Below the pieces are notes generated by a model. That model made no database searches. It worked only from the letters and a program-made list of their open reading frames with translations, and had not been told where the DNA came from. Position numbers and translations under genes: made by a program. Shown piece after piece: positions 1-7,486 of a stretch of DNA of 64,000 nucleotides. The stretch covers positions 2,286 through 66,285 of the forward strand of contig JAGVGT010000083.1 in NCBI GenBank assembly GCA_020056965.1, given 5' to 3'. Source of the stretch: Deltaproteobacteria bacterium. GTDB lineage: Bacteria; Desulfobacterota; Desulfobulbia; Desulfobulbales; JAGXFP01. Each line of letters begins with the position of its first letter. Position 1 is the stretch's first letter.

Positions 1-1164
1 CAAAAAGGCGAGACCGACCTGGCCCCCCATGCCGGCGGCCGCCGCTTTCATGTCTCCGACCTGCTCGCCGCCTACCAGCGCAACATCCCCGGCGGGATCA
101 GCGGCCTCTTCCAGGAGGTGGTGGTCATGGGGCTGCACGATATCCCCGGCAGCATCCTGCAGAGCTATGCCCTGGAAGGTAAGGTGCCCATCTACTTCGA
201 CCGGGAGCGGGTGGCCTCCCTGCGTCTCCTGCCTTTGGAGTGTCGGATCTATTCCGCCCAGGCCCTGGAGAAGAGGCGGGTGGTTCAGCATGATCCTGTC
301 GCCCTGGCCAAAGCGATCCGGGCCATCTGGGCGGTCCGGGAACGACTGGCTCCACCTTCGTCGGTTCCGGTGATTGCGGACCCCTTGCTGCTTCGGGTCA
401 ACCCCCATGGGCAGACCCCGGCCCGCCGCTACGCCGCCCTTGAGGCCAGGCTTCGCGAACTGGTCATCGAACCGGCCCTGCACCAGGGTCTGGCGGAAAT
501 TCTCTGGCGCCATCAGGATATCGCCCAGACCCACCTCGAAAACCTGGCCGGGCTGGTCCTGGTTGACCCCCAGGAGTGGCCCCGTTCTCAGGAATGGGAC
601 CGGATATTTTCTTTTTATGACCCAACTGATCGGTTGATCAAAATCCGGGCCGACATCTTCGCCGAGCCGGACCGTTTCGAGCTGGCCTTCCTGGTCGCCC
701 TGGGCGAGTCCCTGTTGGGTAACTATGCGGCCGCCAAGGAAATGCAGCCGGTGGTCGACGAGACGGGTCTGTTGGGCCGGGTCTTTCGGGTCACCTTGCG
801 CCCCCTGGCTGAGCGGCAGGCCTGGCTGGGTGACGCCGATCTGCACGACTACCTGCGGCTGGCCCGGATGAGTCGCTCCGAGCGCAATCCTCTGGTCTAC
901 ACCCGGCTGGTCAGCGGCGCCGAGGGCTTCACCCCGCCTGGGTTGCTCTTCGGCCTGGTTTACGCCTGGTATCTCGACAACCGTTTTGCCCCCCATATCG
1001 AATACAAGATGGCTATTCTCCGCATGGAGGTGCCGGACATGATCCCCGAGCAGGTCAAGGTCGGGGGCCGGCGGCGGTTGCTGGTCGATTTCTTCCGGCG
1101 CCGGGTCTTCGGCTTTGCCGATGTGGAACTGGGGCCGGAGATCTCGGACTGGAACGAAACATGA
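1..1164 (+). CDS. YvcK/CofD-like (UDP-GlcNAc-binding) protein with long C-terminal extension, 5'-truncated by the window edge
   Basis: Frame is open from base 1. QKGETD...FHVSDLL and VVQHDPVALAKAI resemble the YvcK motifs QxGET and RHDPxxLA. Confidence 0.6.
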   Translation, partial: QKGETDLAPHAGGRRFHVSDLLAAYQRNIPGGISGLFQEVVVMGLHDIPGSILQSYALEGKVPIYFDRERVASLRLLPLECRIYSAQALEKRRVVQHDPVALAKAIRAIWAVRERLAPPSSVPVIADPLLLRVNPHGQTPARRYAALEARLRELVIEPALHQGLAEILWRHQDIAQTHLENLAGLVLVDPQEWPRSQEWDRIFSFYDPTDRLIKIRADIFAEPDRFELAFLVALGESLLGNYAAAKEMQPVVDETGLLGRVFRVTLRPLAERQAWLGDADLHDYLRLARMSRSERNPLVYTRLVSGAEGFTPPGLLFGLVYAWYLDNRFAPHIEYKMAILRMEVPDMIPEQVKVGGRRRLLVDFFRRRVFGFADVELGPEISDWNET

Positions 1165-2066
1165 GCGGCATCACTTTGGCGGAGTACGACCCGGCCGCCC
1201 CCCGCCAGCAACTGCATGCCCTGCTTAAGGCGCCTGGAGCCCTTGCCGCCGGTCTAAGTGAACGGTTGCGCTGTCTGTGTCCGGGGATCGTGGTCAGTCA
1301 TGATTCCGAAGGCGAACTGCTGCTGGTGGCCTTTCCCGAGGCGGGTGAACGGGCGGTCTTTTTGCGGGCCCTGGTCGAGGTGTTGGATGTTTACTCCGGC
1401 GCTCCGGCCGGGACGGCCCCGGAGTTGTTGGAGACCCGGCTGGTGGCAGTTCCGGAGGTGAATGAACCGGAGCTGCCTTTTTCTCGCCACTTCCGCTTGT
1501 TAACCGATCCCACCCGCATAATTCCCGGCGAACCCTATCTGCTTCTGAAACATGGCACCAGCTTTGGCTCCGGCCGCCATCCTTCCACCCGGCTGGCCAT
1601 GGCGGCCCTGGATCGACTGGCTGAAGGCGCGGTGGTGTTTCCGGACCGGGTGCTCGATGTGGGCTGCGGTTCGGGCATTCTGGCCCTCGCCTGTGGATTG
1701 TTGGGGGCGCGGGAGGTGCTGGGGGTCGATATCGAGGCCGAGGCGCTGGCGGTGGCGGCCGGGAATGCCGAGGCCAACAACCAGGCCGACCGGGTGTGCT
1801 TCTCCGCCCAGCCTCTGGCCGAGTTGATCGGGCCATACGAGTTGCTGGTGGTCAACGTCACCGGCGCGGTGATGGGCGGAATGGCGGGGGAGTTTGCCCG
1901 CCTGGTTTGCCCCGGCGGCTGGCTGGTGGTTTCCGGATTGCAGGGGCGGCAGCTGGGTGAGATGGTTGAAGTGCTTGGCCGGTTGGGCTTTGCGGAGGTA
2001 GAGCAGTTTAGCGCCGGACCCTGGCGGGCCGGGTTGTTGCAGTTCGGCGGTTCCGGTTCGGTATAG
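1161..2066 (+). CDS. prmA: Ribosomal protein L11 methyltransferase-like
   Basis: SFGSGRHPSTRL and VLDVGCGSGILA motifs; ATGA overlap with the upstream stop. Confidence 0.8.
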   Translation: MSGITLAEYDPAAPRQQLHALLKAPGALAAGLSERLRCLCPGIVVSHDSEGELLLVAFPEAGERAVFLRALVEVLDVYSGAPAGTAPELLETRLVAVPEVNEPELPFSRHFRLLTDPTRIIPGEPYLLLKHGTSFGSGRHPSTRLAMAALDRLAEGAVVFPDRVLDVGCGSGILALACGLLGAREVLGVDIEAEALAVAAGNAEANNQADRVCFSAQPLAELIGPYELLVVNVTGAVMGGMAGEFARLVCPGGWLVVSGLQGRQLGEMVEVLGRLGFAEVEQFSAGPWRAGLLQFGGSGSV

Positions 2067-2115
2067 GACTTATAGGTCTCATGGTCCCTATGAGTCCCAT
2101 AGCTCCTGTAAGTCA
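2062..2115. repeat. Six degenerate 9-bp tandem units forming an imperfect hairpin between convergent genes
   Basis: TATAGGACT TATAGGTCT CATGGTCCC TATGAGTCC CATAGCTCC TGTAAGTCA. Confidence 0.6.
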
Positions 2116-2125
2116 GCCGAGCCGA

Positions 2126-2797
2126 TTATCTGCCCCGGTCAGCCTCCGGCCAGAGCACCTTGTGGAGCTGGATCTGCAGCCGCACTCCCAGTCGGTCGGC
2201 CAGGATCCAGTCGGCGAGAGTCCCCGGCTCCAGCAGGGCGGTCATCGGGGAAAAATGGATGATCCGGCGGCCGGGCAGTGGCTGGAGCCGCAAAAAGTCC
2301 ACCGCCCAGTTGTAGTCGTCCCGCGAGGAGATGACGAATTTTAACTCGTCTTCCGGGCAGAGCAGCAGCAGGTTGTTCCGGTCGAAACTCTCGCCGGTCC
2401 CGCTGTCGGGGCACTTGACGTCGACGATTTTTACCACCCCGGCCGGGACCCGGTCCAAGGGCAGGCTGCCGTTGGTCTCCAGGAGCACCCGGCGGCCGCC
2501 GGCCAGGAGGGATTCCATCAGCTGGTAAACCTCTTCCTGGAGCAGTGGTTCACCGCCGGTGATCTCCACCGGAAAGCCCGGGTATTCGGCGGCGAAGGCC
2601 AGGATTTCCGCCAGACTCCGGCGGGTGGGCACCTCTTCGTTGGCGTAGCGGGCGTCGCAGAAATTGCACTGCAGGTTGCAGCCGGCCAGGCGGATAAAGA
2701 CGCAGGGCTGCCCGGCGTAACTCGATTCGCCCTGGATACTGAAGAACAGCTCGGCTATGTCAAGCGCCGGCAGGGTCTTCACGGTAGACGACTCCAC
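2126..2797 (-). CDS. queE: 7-carboxy-7-deazaguanine synthase (radical SAM)
   Basis: ELFFSIQGES, CNLQCNFCD, ITGGEPLLQ, ETNG, QIQLHK; adjacent to queD. Confidence 0.93.
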   Translation of the reverse strand: MESSTVKTLPALDIAELFFSIQGESSYAGQPCVFIRLAGCNLQCNFCDARYANEEVPTRRSLAEILAFAAEYPGFPVEITGGEPLLQEEVYQLMESLLAGGRRVLLETNGSLPLDRVPAGVVKIVDVKCPDSGTGESFDRNNLLLLCPEDELKFVISSRDDYNWAVDFLRLQPLPGRRIIHFSPMTALLEPGTLADWILADRLGVRLQIQLHKVLWPEADRGR

Positions 2798-3143
2798 AGC
2801 TGTCGGTTTCCCGCACCTCTACACTGTAAGGGGCGTAGTGCGGGCCGCGCAGGGATTCCTTCAGGTTGTTGAAGATATAGACGGCGATGTTCTCCGAGGA
2901 GGGGTTGGCGGCCAGAAAGGCCGGGTGTTCGTTGAGGTCGCGGTGATCGAGGGTTTCCAGCGCTTCCTTGACGGCGTTTTTCGCCACCCGGAAGTCCACG
3001 GCCATGCCCAGTTCATCCAGTTGACTGGCCCGCACCGTCACCACAATCTTCCAGTTGTGGCCGTGCGGTCTTTCGCAGTTGCCCGGATAATTGCGGAGAT
3101 GGTGGCCGGCCGAGAAATGGCTTTCCACAAAGATGTCGAACAT
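2760..3143 (-). CDS. queD: 6-carboxytetrahydropterin synthase
   Basis: FSAGHHL, CERPHGHN, LDHRDLNE, NPSSENIA. Confidence 0.95.
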   Translation of the reverse strand: MFDIFVESHFSAGHHLRNYPGNCERPHGHNWKIVVTVRASQLDELGMAVDFRVAKNAVKEALETLDHRDLNEHPAFLAANPSSENIAVYIFNNLKESLRGPHYAPYSVEVRETDSCGVVYREDPAGA

Positions 3144-3324
3144 GCTTGCCTCCTGGCCGGCCCGGCATCGGGACGGCCTGCGATTCTATTTGCTGGTGGG
3201 CCGGTGGTGATATATCTTGAAAGTTCACCGGTTATTTACTACTAATGTCTGACTTTTTTACCCGATGACAACGATTCTTGACAGCTATATTTCCTGAGCC
3301 AACCGCATTCAGAGGTACCCGCCC

Positions 3325-4683
3325 GTGGCCTTGATCGCCCCTTTCCGCGGCCTGCGTTATAATTCCGAGAAGATCGCCAATCTCGAAGAGGTGGTGACCC
3401 CGCCCTATGATGTCATCGATGACCAGGCCCAGGCCGACCTCCTGCGCCGCAACCCCTACAGCATGATCCGGCTCGATCTGAGCAAGAGCGTCAAGAGCGA
3501 GGAGATGACCGAGGGGCGCTATCAGCAGTCCCGGCAACTCCTCGACGAGTGGCTGGCGGCCGGAGTGCTGCGCCGCGATGAGACCCCGGCCATCTACCTG
3601 TATTTCATTGACTACCAGCACCCATCCGGCCGCCGCCTGACCCGCAAGGGGCTGGTCTGTCTGACCGGTCTGGCCGAATTCTCAGAGGGGATCGTCAAGC
3701 CCCACGAGCAGATCTTTCGCGGCGTGGTCACCGACCGGCTGAGGCTGCTCGACGCCTGTCGGACCCAGTTCAGCCAGGTCTTTTCGATCTTTCCCGATCC
3801 GCTCGGCCAGGTCATGGCCCTGCTGGAGCCGGCCCGCGAGGTGGCGCCCCTTGGCCAGTGTCAGGACAAAGACGGTTGTCGCCACGCGCTCTGGCGGGTT
3901 TCCGACCCGGCGGTGATCGCCCAGGTCCGCGAGTTGTTCCGGACCAAGTGTGTGTATATTGCCGACGGCCACCACCGCTACAACACCGCCCTGCAGATGC
4001 GCGAATTGATGACCAGCCGTCAAGGCGAAGTGGCCGGTGCCAGCCCCTTCAACTTCGCCATGATGTATCTCTGCCCCATGGAAGACCCGGGCCTCTCGGT
4101 GCTGCCGACCCACCGCTTGGTCCGTCTGCCCCGCCGGGGCGCGGCCGCCCTGGTCGAACTGCTGGCCGCCGGTTTTGTCGCCGAGGAGATCCGGGGCGGC
4201 AGCCGCGAGGCGCTGGTCGCCGAGGTGCTGTTGCGGATGGACGAGCGTCGCGCGGCCAGCATGACCTTCGGTCTTTACCACCCCGGCGAGGACCGCTGCT
4301 TCCTGTTGAGCTTGAAAGAGGGGCGCATGGAGTCCGAAGGTTTCGACTCGATCCCGCCGGAACTGCGGCAACTCGACGTGGTGGTGCTTTCCGAACTGAT
4401 CCTGGGTCGCTACCTGGGCCTCGACCATCACCGCTGCGAGGCGGAGCACCTGATCGACTACTTCAGCGACCCGGATGAGGCCCTGGACAAGGCGGTCAAG
4501 GAGTCGCAGGCGGGCGAGGGCGACAGCGTGGTCTTCCTGATGAACAATACCCTGGTGGACCAGGTCCGCCAGGTCTCCGACGCCGGGCTGATCATGCCCC
4601 ACAAATCGACCTACTTCTACCCCAAGGTCCTGACCGGCCTGGTCATGAACCAGCTGGTGGAAGGGGAAAAGGTTGATGGCTAA
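3325..4683 (+). CDS. DUF1015 family protein
   Basis: PFRGLRY, PPYDVI, PHE, IADGHHRY, MPHKSTYFYPK. Confidence 0.92.
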   Translation: MALIAPFRGLRYNSEKIANLEEVVTPPYDVIDDQAQADLLRRNPYSMIRLDLSKSVKSEEMTEGRYQQSRQLLDEWLAAGVLRRDETPAIYLYFIDYQHPSGRRLTRKGLVCLTGLAEFSEGIVKPHEQIFRGVVTDRLRLLDACRTQFSQVFSIFPDPLGQVMALLEPAREVAPLGQCQDKDGCRHALWRVSDPAVIAQVRELFRTKCVYIADGHHRYNTALQMRELMTSRQGEVAGASPFNFAMMYLCPMEDPGLSVLPTHRLVRLPRRGAAALVELLAAGFVAEEIRGGSREALVAEVLLRMDERRAASMTFGLYHPGEDRCFLLSLKEGRMESEGFDSIPPELRQLDVVVLSELILGRYLGLDHHRCEAEHLIDYFSDPDEALDKAVKESQAGEGDSVVFLMNNTLVDQVRQVSDAGLIMPHKSTYFYPKVLTGLVMNQLVEGEKVDG

Positions 4684-4807
4684 TTCCAAGTTCAAATCAG
4701 AAGTAGAACGCGGAGGCAAGTGAGCGGCGACGAGACAGTACATTTCGGTACGGCGAGGAGCCGCGCAGCGCCGCCGACAAAGTTATACGAATGATTTGGA
4801 ATTTGGA
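4684..4807. repeat. RPE-like/MITE-like palindromic element overlapping the start of the downstream gene
   Basis: Imperfect inverted ends TTCCAAGTTCAAATCA...TGATTTGGAATTTGGA with an internal GAGACAGTAC-ATTTCG-GTACGGCGAG core. Confidence 0.5.
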
Positions 4808-5543
4808 TGAACTTCCCGCCCGGGAACTGACCGACGACACCCTCTTTGCGGGGCGGCTCATCTGCCGCCAACATCGCGACGGCTACCGTTTCTCGGTGGA
4901 CGCCGTCCTGCTCGCCCATTTCTTTACCCCCCGGCCCGCTGAGTCGATTCTTGACCTCGGCTGCGGCTGCGGGGTTATACCCCTGATTCTCGCCTACCGC
5001 TGGTCGAACTTAAACCTGACCGGCCTGGAGTTGCAGCCGCAACTGGCCGCTCTGGCCCGGCGCAACGTGACCGATAACGGCCTGGCGGCTCGGATTGCTG
5101 TGGTCGGGGGGGATCTGCGCGCCATCGGTAGCCTTTTTGGACCGGGCCAGTTCCAGCGGGTGGTCTGCAACCCCCCCTTTTATCGGAGCGAGGGGGCGCG
5201 GCTCAATCTCGATCCCGAGCGGCGACTGGCCCGGCATGAAGTGGCCGTCGAGTTGGCCGAGGTGGTGGCGGCGGCGGCCTGGCTGTTGCACAAGGGGGGG
5301 CGGGTTGATCTGGTCTATCCGGCCGAACGACTGGCGGCGCTGCTCGCCGCCCTGCGTGAGGCGGAGTTGGAACCCAAGCGGTTGCAGGTGGTCCACAGCT
5401 TTCCCGGCGGCCCCGGTAAACTGGTGCTGGTCGAGGCTTTGAAAGGCGGCGGTGAGGAGCTGGAAATCCTGCCGCCGTTTTTTATTTATCAACAGCAGGG
5501 GGGAGAATACAGCCCGGAGATGGCCAGGTGCTACGAACCATGA
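4791..5543 (+). CDS. tRNA1(Val) adenine(37)-N6 methyltransferase family protein
   Basis: GYRFSVDAVLLA, LDLGCGCG, CNPPF, ARHE. Confidence 0.88.
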   Translation: MIWNLDELPARELTDDTLFAGRLICRQHRDGYRFSVDAVLLAHFFTPRPAESILDLGCGCGVIPLILAYRWSNLNLTGLELQPQLAALARRNVTDNGLAARIAVVGGDLRAIGSLFGPGQFQRVVCNPPFYRSEGARLNLDPERRLARHEVAVELAEVVAAAAWLLHKGGRVDLVYPAERLAALLAALREAELEPKRLQVVHSFPGGPGKLVLVEALKGGGEELEILPPFFIYQQQGGEYSPEMARCYEP

Positions 5544-5565
5544 TGACCGCAATCCGGCCGATTGA

Positions 5566-7467
5566 CTACTGCAAAGCGGCCAGATTCAAATCGTTGATGT
5601 AGCCGGTGACCCCGGTGACGATCTGGTCGGCCACCAGCCCCTGGTATTTCTCGGTACGCAGCCAGGCCGCTTCCTCGGGGTTGCTGAGGAAGGCGATCTC
5701 GGTGAGGATGGCCGGCATCTGGGCGCCCAGCAGGACCACGAACGGCGCCTGCTTGACCCCCAGGTTCCTGACCTCCGGGTAGCTGCCCTGGAGTCCGCTG
5801 ATCAAGTTGTCCTGCACATACTCGGCCAGTTTGATCGACTCGCTCTTCTTGCTGTTCTGGATCAGGTCCAGAAGGATCGACTGCAGGTCGTTCAACTGGT
5901 GGTCGGATGAGGCGTTTTCGCGGGCCGCCACCTGCATGGCGTTCTTGCTCTTGGCCAGATCGAGGATATAGGTCTCGATGCCCCTCGCCTTGGCCGAGGG
6001 GGCGGCGTTGACGTGGATGGAGATGAAGAGATCGCCTTCCTTGCTGTTGGCGATGGCGGTCCGCTCCTCCAGGGGGATGAATACATCGCTGTCGCGGGTC
6101 ATGATGACCTGGCAGTCCAGCCGGGTCCGGAGTCGTGCCGCCAGTTCCCGGGCTACCGCCAGGGTGATGTCCTTCTCCAGCAGGCCGCCGATGCCGATTG
6201 CCCCGCTGTCCTTGCCGCCGTGGCCGGCGTCGACGATGATCCGCCGGATCCCTAAACCGAGTTGCTGGGCCAGGGTCGGGGTGTTGTCGGCCTGGTCCGG
6301 TTCCGACTGGGTCTGGCCGGGCCGTTGCCCCCGGACGTCGATGACAATTCGGAAGGGGTTTTGCAGGCTGAAAACCTTGTAATCGGCCAGCGATTGGGTG
6401 TCCAGCACCACCCGCACCTGATTGGCGGTGTACTGACCGCTGCGGACCTGACGGAGCAGCCCATCGTCGATGCGGATCAGCTTCTGTAGTTCCGGCGTCA
6501 CCCGGCAGTTGTCCAAATCAAGATAAAGGCGGCGGGGCTGGTCGCCGGTCGGTTCCAGAAGCTTTTCGCGATAGGTGACCGGGGTGGAGGTTTCGATGAC
6601 CACCCGGGTATAGTTGCTGGTCGACCAGTAGCGCAGAGGGGTGAGATTGGCCGGCGGCCCGGCTGGCTGGGCAGGCGGGGCGGTGCGGAGCTGAACCGGC
6701 TTAAGTTGGGCCGGGGTGGTGGCGGCTGGTTTTTCGGTTCCGCTTGTTCTGGTGGTCTGGCCGGCCAGAATGGCGGCCGGGCCGGCCATGTCCGCGTCCG
6801 GGTAGTTTCTCAGCAGTCGTTCCAGGAGTTTCTCGGCCTTCTCCCGATCTTTGCGTTCATCCAGATAGATCCTGGCGATGTTTAAGAGGGCATCGTCGGC
6901 CAAGCGGCTTTGGGGATAGAGGGAAACGATGTCTTCGTTGTAGGCGACGGCCTCGCCGAGATCAAGGGGGTTGTGGGAATGATCGTAGAGCTCCCGATAG
7001 ATCTTGGCGATCATGAAGAGGCTCGATGGGGCCAGATCGTGGTTCTGGTCGGTCTGGTAGATTTTGCGGAACTTGCGGGCGGCGGTAAGCCAGTCCTTGC
7101 GGTCAGTGGTCGGGGCGTTGGCGCGGGAGATCTGCCGGTAGTAATCCTTGGCTTGCTGGTACTGGTCGGCCAGGGGAATTGCTGGGGTGGCGGTCCGGTT
7201 CCCGGCTTCGGCCGCTGTTGCTACCAAAGTGAAAAGCAGCGGGAACAGTAGTAGAAGGCTGCGGATGGTTGAAAAATTTGTAAAAAGTCGCCGGACGTCA
7301 TTGCGAGGAGCTATGCGACGAAGCAATCTTTCGCTAATCCAGTAAGATAAAGATTGCTTGGCGGCGCTCGCAATGACTACTTTCCGGCTTTCGCGTCTTG
7401 CCGCGAGGCCATCAAAACTTCGTGGGGCCAGGGATTTCCGGGGCAGCATTTGGTAACTTTCCATCAT
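5566..7467 (-). CDS. N-acetylmuramoyl-L-alanine amidase (TPR + AMIN + Amidase_3)
   Basis: DAGHGGKDSGA, LEKD, LEERTAIAN, FISIHVNA, APFVVL; TPR-like N-region; signal-type hydrophobic stretch after an inserted palindrome. Confidence 0.93.
   Translation of the reverse strand: MMESYQMLPRKSLAPRSFDGLAARRESRKVVIASAAKQSLSYWISERLLRRIAPRNDVRRLFTNFSTIRSLLLLFPLLFTLVATAAEAGNRTATPAIPLADQYQQAKDYYRQISRANAPTTDRKDWLTAARKFRKIYQTDQNHDLAPSSLFMIAKIYRELYDHSHNPLDLGEAVAYNEDIVSLYPQSRLADDALLNIARIYLDERKDREKAEKLLERLLRNYPDADMAGPAAILAGQTTRTSGTEKPAATTPAQLKPVQLRTAPPAQPAGPPANLTPLRYWSTSNYTRVVIETSTPVTYREKLLEPTGDQPRRLYLDLDNCRVTPELQKLIRIDDGLLRQVRSGQYTANQVRVVLDTQSLADYKVFSLQNPFRIVIDVRGQRPGQTQSEPDQADNTPTLAQQLGLGIRRIIVDAGHGGKDSGAIGIGGLLEKDITLAVARELAARLRTRLDCQVIMTRDSDVFIPLEERTAIANSKEGDLFISIHVNAAPSAKARGIETYILDLAKSKNAMQVAARENASSDHQLNDLQSILLDLIQNSKKSESIKLAEYVQDNLISGLQGSYPEVRNLGVKQAPFVVLLGAQMPAILTEIAFLSNPEEAAWLRTEKYQGLVADQIVTGVTGYINDLNLAALQ
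7269..7415. mobile_element. MITE/REP-like palindromic element inserted in frame in the amidase 5' region
   Basis: GTCATTGCGAG (7297-7307) / CTCGCAATGAC (7367-7377) and AAGCAATCTTT / AAAGATTGCTT inverted pairs; decayed outer ends, so boundaries are approximate. Confidence 0.7.
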
Positions 7468-7486
7468 TTCGCAAGGTTAGCGCGAA

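Noticed and set aside
2126-3143. queD/queE as part of a DNA deazaguanine modification (dpd) island
   Set aside because: No dpdA/tgt-like or other dpd genes nearby; housekeeping context fits queuosine synthesis.
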